DNA from: Octopus vulgaris | Lineage: Eukaryota | DNA: 64,000 bases | Assembly (NCBI GenBank): GCA_951406725.2 | Contig: OX597817.1 | Coordinates: 16,430,001-16,494,000 of the forward strand | Direction: 5' to 3' | Part shown: positions 13,085 through 60,752 of the stretch, piece by piece | Layout: each line of letters begins with the position of its first letter | Numbering within the stretch: position 1 is the first letter of the stretch | Program-made: the position numbers and the translations under genes | Notes under the pieces: generated by a model | Databases searched by the model: none | What the model was told of the DNA's origin: nothing | The model's input: only the letters and a program-made list of their open reading frames with translations

Positions 13085-13996
13085 ACAGATCAAACAATGT
13101 TTTGTTCATATTTTAAGTACTTTTATTGAAATTGTTTAACAAGAAATATGATATCTTTAGGATCACATACTGATGCAAGCCAAACAGTTTCTTATACAAA
13201 TTAACCTCATTTTGACACAACTGTACAAACCTGTATTTAACTATACACTCTTAGTTAAGCTAAAGGTACTCTTATTTACAGTTGATATTATAGCTAAAGT
13301 ATATATAACCAGTTTATCCAATTTCATAGTATCTTATTCCTATTATCTGATGCTGTTCAGCTCTAAATATCTCTATTGCTAACTAACAAAGTTTCTTTTC
13401 AAATGTATTGACTAAATAGCTTTCTTCCAGATTTCAAACATCTGGAGTCTTTCATTTTATAATTTATACCATGTAGAAACTCCTGTGATAACTAAGTCTC
13501 ATTAGTCAGTGGGATTTTGGTTTACTGAAACGATATTACAAATATCAAACCTTCAAGGATGAAATGAAAAAAATTGTATATAGAACTCAAGTACTATTTC
13601 TTTAACCTTAAATTCAAGACCCTCTATCTTCAATTAACAATTTCTACATAATTTCTAACTCTTTAACCAGTCATTTCTATCTATTTACATTATAAATATT
13701 GTATAGAATCATGTCAATATGATATTTATTTTGTCTAATGATACATTGTGTTGACATTGTTTCAAAAATACTACTACTTATATTTATGGAGTCCCTTTGA
13801 CATTTGATTCAGGGAGGCAGCCATTTTAATTCTAAAATGTCTCACTTCTATGATTTGAAGCCAGAACTATTGAGTGTTTTACAGAAGCTAAATTTCAACT
13901 TTGAGTTTTAAAATAAGTGGGATACAATAAAGCTTAAATTCTTCAAATTATTCTGGTAGTATTGCCCTTTCTGTTTGTATTTAGTAGCAATATATA

Positions 13997-15370
13997 CAGG
14001 GTCTTGTAGATAAATTGTGACCAATTTTAAGCAGTTGACTTAGTGAATTTAATGCTTCATTTTTTGACAAAACTCTACTGGCTTGAAAATCTAATCCTCC
14101 TCTTTATTTTTCAAGTAAAAGGCATACTGATTCGACAACAGAAAGTCATAGAACAACAGAATCATTCTGCCATTGTTGTTTTGCTGTGTGTCAGGTACAT
14201 TGCTAGTAAAATTGCTAAGTTAGTGAAAATTCCAAAAGCAACAGTTTATCATGTGTATAAACAATTTTAAGAAGAGGAAAAGATTGATAGAAAAGAACAC
14301 AAGACTCAAAGTGATTCCAAACACAATCCAAAGTTTCTCGCTGGCCTCAAATGCTCAACTGAAGCCAACACATCTTGAAAAGAAGTGCAATGTGTTCCTT
14401 CCCACAGTGTCCAGAGCTGTGAATAGGAACCTTAGCGTTGACTAGTTATGTTCGATGATGCTGTCACCTCCTAACAGCCAAGGCCAAAGCAATCAGAGCT
14501 GAGAGATGCCCAAAGCTTCTGTCATTCATCAAGTTGCAGGAAAAACTCTTGTGTTTGTGGATGGGAAAAAGTTCACTGTAGATGCTGAGGTGAATCACTG
14601 AAATTCTTGAATGATTGCATACAACCCTTCTGACATCCGCCCCCCACTGTGTTTCAGACTAAGAATCCTGTCTCAGTAATGGTATGGCAAGTGATGGAAG
14701 TATCATGGACCCACACTTCATAGAGTCTGGCTTGAAGATTGGCATAAAGGAGTATCTGGACATCCTGAAGAACTCTCTGTTACCTTGGATGGAGCATAAG
14801 TTTGGGCTTGACAATGTGGTGCTTATCCAGGATTCTGTACTATGCCATGGGTCAAAAGCAACACAGGCCTTCCTTGGTGAGGTGCCATTTTTTGTAAGGG
14901 CCAACATCTGGCCCAGAAATAGCACAGATCTCAACTTTCTCGATTACTTTTTATGGGGAGTACTTCATGCAAGGACCACTGTTTCACCACACTCGAGTGT
15001 CAACAGTCTGAAGACCTGCATCATGTGTGTGACATGCAATATCAAAAAGGCGGAGGTTGCAGCAGCTGCAAAAAATTTCGTTTTTATGTGGAGGCAGTAA
15101 TTGCCTGAAAGGGCAGCTATATTGAGCGATAAATGTTTCTGTTGTAATAAATGTTACATTAAAATTATATCTGTCTCTCTTTCCTCTTTTACTTGTTTCA
15201 GTCATTTGACTGCAGCCATGCTGGAGCACCGCCTTTAGTCGAGCAAATCGACCCCAGGACTTATTCTTTGTAAGCCCAGTACTTATTCTATCGGTCTCTT
15301 TTGCCGAACCGCTAAGTGACGGGGACGTAAACACACCAGCATCGGTTGTCAAGCAATGCTAGGGGGACAA

Positions 15371-15403
<33 letters not shown>

Positions 15404-15647
15404 CATATATACAACAGGCTTCTTTCAGTTTCCGTCTACTAAATCCACTCACAAGGCATTGGTCGGCCCGGGGCTATAGCAGAAGACACTTGCCCAAGAT
15501 GCCACGCAGTGGGACTGAACCCGGAACTATGTGGTTGGTTAGCAAGCTACTTACCACACAGCCACTCCTGTCTACTACCATTATTTCAGTATTTATAACC
15601 AGCTTTATGCATTGTAAAAATTGTCTCAATTTATCTGTAAGACCCTA
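13997..15647 (+). mobile_element. Decayed Tc1/mariner-superfamily transposon, maT (DD37D)-like, with a SINE inserted
   Basis: TA flanks; ~32-bp imperfect TIRs CAGGGTCTTGTAGATAAATTGTGACCAATTTT / AAAAATTGTCTCAATTTATCTGTAAGACCCTA; broken transposase with QDSVLCH...WPRNSTDLNFLDYFLWG (ORF 14684..15100). Confidence 0.9.
15177..15573 (-). mobile_element. SINE family A inside the mariner element
   Basis: Reverse complement of the family consensus. Confidence 0.9.
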
Positions 15648-15984
15648 TATATATAACACACACTGTTCCTGTGTTTACATGTTGCTTATAATTTGACTTA
15701 TTAAACACTTTTATCAAGACTGTCTGTCTCCACCTCGATTTTATCTGCTTTTCCATTCACTGACATGGATTGGATAGACTTTCTGAGGTAGTGTTTTACA
15801 GCCAGATGGTTTTCCTTTCTCCAACTCCATTAGAGATATAGTGTACCTATTCTAAAACTGAGGTACATGACGGTATAGTTAGATAAACCCTCATTAATAC
15901 GCATTTAACCCCCTTTGTCACTTAGGGACATAGTGTAGCTATTCTAAAATATGGATACATACAATAAATTTAAATAATATGGAA

Positions 15985-16390
15985 ATCGATCAACATCAAT
16001 GGAATTTGTAGTTTTGTGGTACCAGTGCCAGTGGCACATAAGAAAACCATCCGAACGTGGCCGTAGCCAGTACCGCATCGACTGGCCTCAGTGCTGGTGG
16101 CACGTAACAAACACCATCTGATCGTGGCCGTGCCAGCCTCTGTGCCGATGGCACATAAAAAACACCATCTGAGCGTGGCTGTTCGCCAGCCTCGTCTGGC
16201 ACCTGTGTCGGTGGCACATAAAAAGCACCCACTACACTCACGGAGTGGTTGGCGTTAGGAAGGGCATCCAGCTGTAGAAACACCGCCAGATCTGACTGGG
16301 TCTGGTGCAGCCTTCGGGCTTCCCAGACCCTAGTTGAACCGTCCAACCCATGCTAGCATGGAAATCGGACGTTAAACGATGAACGATGAG
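15985..16390 (+). mobile_element. RTE 3'-UTR fragment
   Basis: Tandem units, core, GGACGTTAAACGATG end. Confidence 0.85.
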
Positions 16391-17039
16391 ACCCTCATTT
16401 GGTAGGCATTTAACTCCCTTGATACTTTCTCAACAAATGCCTACACTATCTTGTCAAAGATTCTTTTAATTCAACATAGGAAAAGTCCTTTTTTTTTTTC
16501 CTATTTAGGCAATCATCCAACTGGAATAATGCAGTGCCTTTAATCCTAAAGTGCATATCCTCTATTTTAATCCTATTTTGCATTTGTTTTGCCATCACTC
16601 ATAACATAATCTTCATCAAATAGGAAATTTCGTCCACTTATTTTGGCGTTGATAATCTGTCGACTTAAAAATATTTTATAGTGTTTAATAAATTTCTAAC
16701 TACGGAATTATCATAAAAGAGTGCAATAAATGGATCTTAAAATTGCCTAAAATGTATATTATTGTATTATATTTCGCCCTCCTTTCGTTGTTGTTGGCAA
16801 CTGAAGAAAAAAAGTCAGTTGCTTATACTGTATAAATTTATCAGGATTTTTCGAATTACATTTATTCTTTATATATGCTTGGCAGAATTCGTCTTTTTTT
16901 TAATTTTATTTTCCCGCCTTTCTTTTCTCTGTATTCGTAACATTTCTATACTTTAAAGTAAGACAATTGTATTTCATAATCTGCGATGTAAAAAGGCAAG
17001 AAGAAGAAGAAGAAGACAAGATTTTTTTTTTTTTTTTCG

Positions 17040-17155
17040 CAGACGGTTGCGCCCTCTATATAACGTAGAACGGCAAAGCGTGACGTCAACGTCCGGTGAC
17101 GTCATCAGCAGACATACTTTTACGTAGCTTAAACTGTCTCGGATCAAGCTTCAGG
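17040..17155 (+). promoter_or_regulatory. Rab2 proximal promoter/5' UTR with two full CRE palindromes and a TATA-like box
   Basis: TGACGTCA at 17081-17088 and 17097-17104; TATATAA at 17057-17063; CpG-rich patch within about 120 bp upstream of the ATG. Confidence 0.7.
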
Positions 17156-51670
<34,515 letters not shown>

Positions 51671-53576
51671 ACTTATAAAATTGGTTGGTGTCAATGAGCC
51701 GTTGGAAGCAGGATGCCAGAACTTGCTATTTGGCTGCTGACAAGCCACCAGCCAAGAGACAAAAGTATGCTAAGGGACAGTGTGACATCAACAACTACCA
51801 CACTCTTCCAACTTTCTTAGTTTGTTCTGAATATAATTTCAGCCAAGTTCAGAAACCTTTTTAATATCCAAATTTTTATGCAAACAATGAGTAAATTGAA
51901 CTATTTTACTTATTTTCTAAACACTCTAAACGTTTGCATTCCTGGAAGGTTTCTTGAATCAACCATTGGTTAGAGATAAACAATTGCACTTTCTTTAGTA
52001 TTTATACATACATATAACTTCAAAAAATACACCAACCCACACAACATACACACACACACATTGTTACTATTTTACAATGGACTGTATACACACATACAAA
52101 TACACACACCACACACATTTAGTTCTATTCTAAAGGGTATGTCTGTTCATGTTAATGTCAATTTTGGATGCATATATTCTGTGCGTATGTTCATCCATGT
52201 AAAATTATGAGTATATAAATCATGATGGTAAAAGGAAAAAAGCTTGTCTTATAGATAGTTTGCTGTTTTCATTTTTAATAAATTGTCCTCTGTAAACTGT
52301 TCCTATATCTCAAAAATATAAATCTCAAGCTCATATTCTCATTCTTAGAAGTGCAGACAGTCAAAATTAATTCAAGTATATATCAATATCATTTAGTTGG
52401 AAATCCCACATCTTCCATTTTTTTTGTTTTTAACATTTGTTTCATTTCAATGTGACTTCCCAACCTACTTTTCTTATTTGCTTTGCTTTGCTCCTTTTTA
52501 TATTTACTTGAATACAGTGACACATCCAACAATTATTCAAGATTTACTACCAAATTAATCAGCTTAAGTTTAATTTTGAAAAAACTAATTCAAATAACAA
52601 ATTCCTGCTACATTCCAAACTTTTTTCCCCTCAAGTCACTTTGTAGTCCAAATAATAAAAAGGATGTTTACAGAAGTCTGGTTTGCTTTCCGTCATTGTT
52701 AGATTTAGCTGGTTGAGTTAAAAACTTGGACATGATAAAAACTAGCTTGTAGCATACAAGAAGATTATTACTTGCTTTTATTTTTAAGTGTTCTCAATAA
52801 TGAATTAAGAACTAAGCTATTCCAGTTTCATAGTGTTATTGATAACGTCTTTTTAGATCTGTTGCAAAAGCTGAGATATATGTTTCAATCCATGCGAGAG
52901 TGGACAGTGCAAATGAATATATTTTTCCACTGAAATTAATTTGCATTATTTAGTGTAAATTTGACTATTTGTGCATGTATCTGAAAATGCTTTATAGATG
53001 GTATTCTTCACATTTATGAACCTATTTGACACACACTGCTTACTTTAAAAAAAAAAATCATTGCTTTTTTTTCCATCCTATCAAGATTTTCATATCAAAG
53101 TTGGGAGTGAAAAAGAAATAGCAGTCATAGAATTAAGTTTAATAATTTTCCTAGTTTCACACTTTTGAATTAACCCTGAAAACTAATCGTTTTAAAGATT
53201 TCCTATAAAAGTTAAACTTTCAAAATAAATTTAAAGTGTTTTGATTCCTCACATGCATTGCTCAGCATTTAAATTTATCAACTGTATTGGAAGCATCAGG
53301 ATTCACTTTATCCCCAAATCTTTATTTTTACATGTAATGGATTTTTTTATTTAAAATATTGAATTGTAACATGATAGAGGTTGTAATTCGTGGGTGTATA
53401 AAAAGTATAGGCATCGCTGTAACTAAAACTTCTGAAGGCAGTGGCCCAGCATGACTGCATCCTATTGCCCTGTAAATCAGTAAAAAATACAGGCTGGCAT
53501 GAGTATTTCAAGGGTTTATAGAAAAGCTCAGTATACTTTTCCTCTTCTAAAATACAATTTAAAAGTTATTTGTATG

Positions 53577-53582
53577 AATAAA
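53577..53582 (+). terminator. Candidate Rab2 polyadenylation signal (alternative AATAAA at 52277)
   Basis: AATAAA preceded by TGTA and followed by GT/T-rich sequence; no transcript data. Confidence 0.35.
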
Positions 53583-56544
53583 ATGTATGTCCATTGTAAA
53601 TTGTTTAAAAAAAAATGGAGGCTGACACAATATATAAATGTTCTAGAATGAGAATATGTAGATATTATTAAGACTGAGTCTAGATTTATCTCATTAAGGA
53701 AAAAAAAAACAACAAAAAACTATGAAGACAATATACAAATCATTTTTTATTTTATTTTTCAGTCATCTATTTAGCTGCATACCCAAACAATTTTCTCGTC
53801 CAGCCAACATTTACCTGTTGAAGAGAAAACAATTTTAAATATTTAGTTTCACATTTTGGTTTACAAATACATGGTAATTACTCGATAAATTAATGTAATA
53901 CAATAGTAAGCCTAATTAGTTCAATAAGAGTATAAAGACATTTGACAGCAACACTAATTCACTAATAGCCATAGTTCTGTTGCTCTGTTTAATACAATCT
54001 CCTAAATTTCCCAGCCTTGCTATGAAATTTAATGGTGAAACTACTATTAGAACTCCAGTTTTATTACTTCAATACTTAATATTGTTATTGTTTGAGCTGT
54101 TTTTACAAAAACGATAAAGTTGCAACAAATCAAATGTAAATCTAATTACCATCAACATGAGGGAATAGCATTTAAAAACCTCTTCAATATTGCATAAGCA
54201 ACTGAGAAACAATTAAATGGTCTGTGTCTTGCTGTACAGCAATGGAAATGTGCCTCTTAGTAAATCATTCTCCAAAAACATTTAATTTCCACAACTTATG
54301 AAATCAATTTTGTCTTGACTCTTTCAGATTAATGCCAGTTGGGTAAAATTTAAACTGTCAAAAGCTTACCTGAATAATAAATATAATTTACATTTATTCC
54401 AAGTTGTGTTCCTAGAAATTGCTGCCAACCAGCGTCTAGAGGTCTGCGATTTATGTTTATTAAAGGTGAAATATAAGATATTGAACTTACTACTAGAGCC
54501 ACTGAGCAAAGAACATAATTCTACATAGCTGATTAAAAAGTTTTCTTCTAGATTGGTGTTCCACATTAGCAAGCCATATATGTAGTCTAATCATAACTAC
54601 ATCAATTTTACAAGAAAGTTACAATTATAAAAGAGAAAAAAATGTCAAATATGATATAAAAGTTGAGTTTAAAAGGCCAGCACTTCAAACTACAAAAACT
54701 GTCAAACAGCTTGCTATGATGTCTTTACCTACTAACTATACTTATTCAAGTTGAACCAGTGATTACCCATCTTCAGCAATGGACATTACGTATAAATTAT
54801 CCTCGCATTTATAAATATTGCAACATTAAGTCATCAACATGGTACAATTCCTGACAAAACTCACTACAATGACAATCAGCAAAAAATTATTTTTCAAAAG
54901 GCGTCTGTGAGAACACAAATGACTAGAGTTTATTTCCGACTTCATTCATCATACCTTTTTTTTTAAAGGATGATTCAGTTCTTTTTTTCCCCATATAAGA
55001 ATTTAGTAAGCATATTCATTCCTCACCAAGACAATCAGTTCTCAAAGGGGAATATAACAGTTATATCATTTCAAATAAAGCTCAGTTCAAAAGTAATTAT
55101 TGGAAGTTAAAATAAAGAAAATCTTCAGTATGATATGACTTGTATTGTATCTTGCACCTCAACACATTGGTCTATTGACTAAATTACAGAAAATATATAT
55201 TTCCGACAAAATTACCACCACTACCAAGTTTTTACTTGACCAAATGCACATAAAAACATTCCACTTTTCTAAATAGCTTTGTGTACATAGGCTCTGAAAA
55301 TGAGTGTCTTGTGAGATAAAGTACTTTAGATATTAATCTGGAAATTTGGATCCAACTATAAAAGCTTTGACAATGCTTTCATTCAACATTACATATCTCA
55401 AAGCCTTGTAAGTGGAGTTCATCATTCCGAATCTGAAGGAATGTGAGTGTGCTTTTGTCTTGATATGGTGTGGCAGCTGTTTACAAGTGTTGGTGGTGTT
55501 CATTTATAATCTTACATGGAAACATTCTGGTTATGGGCAAACTTGCTTGGAAATAAGTGAGGGTTGGCAAAAAAGAGTTTGGCCATATAAAAACCTGTCT
55601 CAAATGCCATCTGACCCAACGCAAGCATGGAAAAGTGGATATGAAATATACAATGGCTTCAGAGAGGCAATGACACATGACTGAAACCTTTGGCAATATG
55701 CTGTGCTTGAGTAGACCAATCAAACCAAGTGAAAATGTAGTCCTGGCAGATACTAGTGTCACACAACTGGCATCCAGCCATAGAAACCATGCCAAATTAG
55801 ACTGGAGTCTGGTGCAGCCCCTCAGCTTACCAGCATGGACAATGGATGCTAAATGATGATGATGAAATAAAAATTACATTGGATATGTATTTGGTTGAGA
55901 GCTTGTGGGCAATAATGATGTTTCTGATGATTGTATACTTAGCCTCAAATAAGCATTCAATGCTGCATATTAGAGTTCTAATATAATTGAAGCTACTCTA
56001 TAGATATAAAACAAGCAGTTAAGTTGCTAAATGACATTTAACACCTATGTTCAGCATGTGACCTGGTGTTTGGAAAAATGGAATGTTTTTGTAAGTTCAG
56101 AGTTTTAATCTCGTAGTTGACCAGCTGATTAATAAATGGCAAGAGGTATAATATACATTAATCTACAAGTTGTCAAAGTGAAGCAGTAGATTTTGCTATC
56201 CATCAAAAGAAGAAAACCAAGAAGTGTGCTGTTCTGGTATGATTTCTCCTAGAGTTCAATTTTTACTGTTTATACCTAATATTATAAATACTGAATGCTA
56301 TTTTCATGTATCTGCCTAAAATTAAACCAGCTTTGATAACTTGAAGATTTGGTACTGTTTGCATGAATATTTGAAAAGTGAAACCCCTTGCGAGCCCTAG
56401 GTGTTTTGTACGTTACTTGAATTTTACTTATATATCTGATATGCTTGGGAATGGTTGTTTTAATCTTAGATTACTGGATTTAGACAAAGTGTTTAATAAG
56501 AGCATTTGCTGGTTAGTATTTAGAACTAATATCATTTGTACTCT

Positions 56545-57340
56545 TTCACTGGTTTCAACTGCATGCTGTAGCTATGCTGGGGCACTGTCAGCATTAATGC
56601 TTGTTTATTTTAGACCCATTTTCTGGCCCCACCTCTGGAATCAATTCTGGTGAAGTAGTGAGTTGGACAAGGCTGCCCTTCTTTGTGTTTCTTGTTGTGC
56701 CTCTGGTATTTCAGAAAATTGTCTAAATGTTCTTTGAATACGTCTACCCCCTAGTAGATTTCTGGGGCCTTTTGGTAAGATATTGAAAAGTTGCAGGTCC
56801 TTGAAACTTAAGCCATTACAGTACTGGGTCCTTACTCTGGACAGAGAGGACAGGATCTTTGGTACAATGCAGTGGTATCTAGTTTGGTGAATTGTAGAGC
56901 TTTCAATCCCAAAGTTAGGTTTTAGACTTTCCATAATCTTCCATATATATCATTGCATATCTTTCATATCATCTCTATGGGGAGCAAAGCATTAGCTCTT
57001 AACTTCTTGGTAGCTTCTCTGTTGCACTGAGTCAATCTTCTCAGTATAGTGCCATTGGAGTGCCTTCAGTTCTGCTGTTAGTTTGACGTTTTGAGGTGAT
57101 CACAATTGAAAGTTGTAATTCAGATGACTGAGGACGAATGTTCATAGGTCTTATTAACTAAAGCTGTATAGTTGGATATTATATATTGCAATTGGTGAAC
57201 AGTAAAATCACTGATTACAAGTTTCCTACAAGTCAACCAGTTTTGCTGTATTTTGAATGGTAAGAATACCAAAAGATTGTCTCGATAACTCGGTAAAGAA
57301 CAACTATGACAAGGGACTTCATTCAAATGCATCAATTTTT
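56545..57340 (-). mobile_element. CR1/L2-like LINE 3' fragment related to the 37700 copy
   Basis: RTQYCNGLSFKDLQLFNILP segment and matching GTGCCCCAGCAT...GAAAC tail. Confidence 0.7.
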
Positions 57341-57354
57341 CTGTTTTATTGGCA

Positions 57355-58550
57355 ATCATCATCATCGTTTAACGTCCGTTTTCCATGCTGACATGGGTTG
57401 GACAGTCTGACTGAGGTCTGGAGAGCCAGCGCTGCACCAGGCTCCAATCTGATCTGGCAATGTTTCTACAGTTGGTTGCCCTTCCTAACACCAACCACTC
57501 CGAGAGTGTAGTGGGTGCATTTTACGTGCCACCAGCACAGAAGCCAGTCAGGCGGGTCTGGCATCGATCCCGTTTGGATAGTGCTATTTACATGCCACCG
57601 GCACAGGAGCCAGCCAGATGACACTGGCTACAGCTCCAATATTGATTTGCTTGACTCAACAGGTCTTCTCAAGCATATATTGCACAATGCATCAGGGGTA
57701 CTCTTAACTGGGCTGGACATGCGTGGCTGTGATCTCACTTTAGTGCCGGGTCTTCTCAATTACAGCATATCTCCTGTCATTGCCTCTGTGAGGCCCAATG
57801 TTCAAAGGCCATGGTTCACCACCTCATCCCAATGTCTTCCTGGATCTACTTCTTCCACAGGTTCCTTCCATAGTTAGAGAGTGACACTTCCTCATCCATA
57901 CGTAACATATGACCATACCAGCGCAGTCGTCTCTCTTGCACCACATTTGATGCTTCTTATGCCCTTAGGGCACTTACAGTCTGTTGTGTATGCACATTGA
58001 CATTACACATCCAGCAGATCATACTAGCTTCATTTCTTTCAAGCCTATGCATGTCCTCAGCAGTCATGGCCCATGTTTCACTGCTGTGTAGCATGGCAGT
58101 TTGCACACATGCATCATAGTCTACCTTTCATCCTGAACGAGAGGCCCTTAGTTGCCAGCAGAGGTAGGAGCTCCCTGAACTTTGCCCTGGCTATTCTTAT
58201 TCTAGCTGCTCCACTCTCAGAGCAAACACCCCCACTACAGACTTAGTTGCCTAGGTAGCGAAAGCTATTAACAACTTTTAGTTTCTCCCCCCTGGCATGT
58301 GATGGAATCTGTTGTATCTACATCTTCAGTGTTTATTGCATGTCACACACAAAAACTATTTTCCTGGTTAACCTACCTTTGATTTTGCTGCACCTTTTAT
58401 GTGTCCATAGCTTACAACAGGCACATTGTATGGAGTTTCTACCCACACCTTTTCTACAGATCGAGCAGGGCCTTCTACCTGAAGGGGATTGTGGTTTGCC
58501 AGCCTTCCTATTTACTAAAACTTTGGTTTTTGCTAGGTTGGCCCTATATG
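57355..58550 (-). mobile_element. RTE-clade LINE 3' portion, including a PHD-like finger
   Basis: (CAT)n tail and shared 3' UTR at left; minus-strand NLAKTKVLV, Cys/His finger and VNSFRYLG motifs. Confidence 0.85.
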
Positions 58551-58974
58551 TATATAGCTACGGTGCTGTATTTACAAGTGTCATTACCTACAAATTAACT
58601 TTATAAATAAAGAGAACTTTAAAAAATTAGAGTAAATTTCAAGTTACTTTACACATTAAAGTTTCATGACAAAGATAATCCTTAGACAGAAGTGGTTGGG
58701 AGAAAGAACTTTGGTACTCTTGGATAATTCAGCACTAATCTTTTTACCAGCTACATGTCTGAAGAATGTTTTCAAGCATGAAGCTAAGAGTAATGTGATA
58801 TAAAGTAACTACAACAGGCACATGACAGGCATCCTTACATTTTATGTCTGCCAAATTCAATTCACAAAGCTTATGGGCTTATGGTAGAAAACACTTGTCC
58901 AAAGTGCTGTGCAATGGGACCAAACTCAGAACCACATACTTGTGAATAGATTTTCTTCATCATATAACCATACC

Positions 58975-59207
58975 TATTTCTTTATTACCCACAAGGGGCT
59001 AAACACAGAGAGGACAAACAAGGACAGACAAACGGATTAAGTCGATTATATCGACCCCAGTGCGTAACTGGTCCTTAATTTATCGACCCCAAAAGGATGA
59101 AAGGCAAAGTCGACCTCGTCGGAAATTGAACTCAGAACGTAACGGCAGACGAAATACGGCTACGCATTTCGCCTGGCATGCAAACGTTTCTACCAGCTCG
59201 CCGCCTT
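58975..59207 (-). mobile_element. SINE family C
   Basis: Reverse complement of the 48168 copy. Confidence 0.88.
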
Positions 59208-59542
59208 CCATCATATAACCATACCTGTGCACATTTATATATTTCTTATTTATCGCAATCTTTAACAGGTGTTTCTTAGAGGCTTTCTGTGAATATCTTG
59301 TTAAATATGTGCATACTGTTGTGTTTAGTTTTGTCATTGGAATTAATATGTTCCAAAGATAAGGCAGAAGTTATAAATTCTAGTTAAAACATAGTTACAG
59401 ATATTAGTTCAACAGATTCATTCAAAGAAAAAAAAATACGTGTTGCAAATCATTTGACAAGAAAAAACCAAAAATCAAATTAAGTGATCTTAGTATCAAT
59501 AATATTGAACAAATAGTGAGAAAGAAGGGAAAAAACGTTAAC

Positions 59543-59663
59543 TTACTCATCGTCTTTGAATTTTCTCTTAATTACGGGGACATATTGAAGTATTAACTTC
59601 CAGTCAGTAAAATACAAAAGAGCTACACCTCCAGTAGCAGCAAATATACCTAATGATCGACTT
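59543..59663 (-). CDS. UQCR11: Cytochrome b-c1 complex subunit 10 (6.4 kDa), internal/last coding exon; first exon not found in window
   Basis: Minus strand ttccattgtag|A AGT CGA... translates SRSLGIFAATGGVALLYFTDWKLILQYVPVIKRKFKDDE*, matching the UQCR11 pattern TDW+LIL.xVP.I..KF; a GTAAGT donor overlaps the final GAG TAA. Confidence 0.88.
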
Positions 59664-60720
59664 CTACAATGGAAAAAGGATTAAACATTTTGTAAGGAGT
59701 GATATTTCAAAAGAAGTAACTGACTCAATAAATCACAATACATTACGTTAGCTTTCTTTCAACACGACAATATATATATATAAACAAAGCTTAATAAAAA
59801 AAAAATCTATTTCTGTATAAATAAAAGGGTTAATGGGTTAACTAAATACTACTTGCAAACATTTCCTTTTAGTTGGAGGAAGAAAAATTAACTAGCAGCT
59901 ATTGTGAAGGGCTCTCGGAGTAGAAGGGAGATAATTTCAAGAAATTAAGACGTTAAGTTGCATGTTTCAAGGAAGTAAAGCCTGATCTTTGTCTACAGAC
60001 AAAGGACATGGTTCAGTCTATAAGCCTCCATCAGCATAGGGTAGTCTGTTTGTATGTTATGAATAATTTTGGTCCAATATCATTTGCACGATATGACAAA
60101 AAAAAAAACCTGAAATAAGGGAAATAACTCAAATACCATGTCGAAGCTAACGAGTGGTGTACTGACTGCTATACATAATTACTTTTATTGAAATTTCCAT
60201 TTTAGGTGAAGGAAGAAAACAAAAATCTAGTGGTAACTGCTAGTGACGGTCAATTTTTTCGTAGAATTATATAAGCATCTCATTTTTTATTACCTTAAAC
60301 TATCATAAACATAACGTTTATGATAGTTTTTTCATCGTCTTTGAAGATTTTGGAAGGTCAGAAAAGTTGCTCTTCAGAATGGGTCATGTTTCTTCTATAG
60401 ATCTATCTCAAGATCACCAGATTGAAATCTCAAAATATGTTTTTAAAATAATTAAAGTACCTCTCCATCTCTCTCTCTCTCGTGTGTGTGAGAGAAAGAG
60501 AAGCAAAAAGTTGAGAATGCATTTGGAGTCTTTGAAAAGATTTACGTATGACTGGTGGTGTGAGATGAGAAGACTCCTGGACTAGAATGAACTATTTGTG
60601 AAAAAATGAATTGTATTTTCACTTTTAGAAATGTTTATAGTGATAAGAAGATCCTATGCTAGCATATCTCCAGGTCGTTCCATATTACACTACTTCTGAA
60701 AATCATTACGCACTGATATG

Positions 60721-60752
<32 letters not shown>

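Noticed and set aside
60332-60345. 14-nt match to the end of the UQCR11 exon as a duplicated exon
   Set aside because: Similarity does not extend and an in-frame stop lies just upstream.
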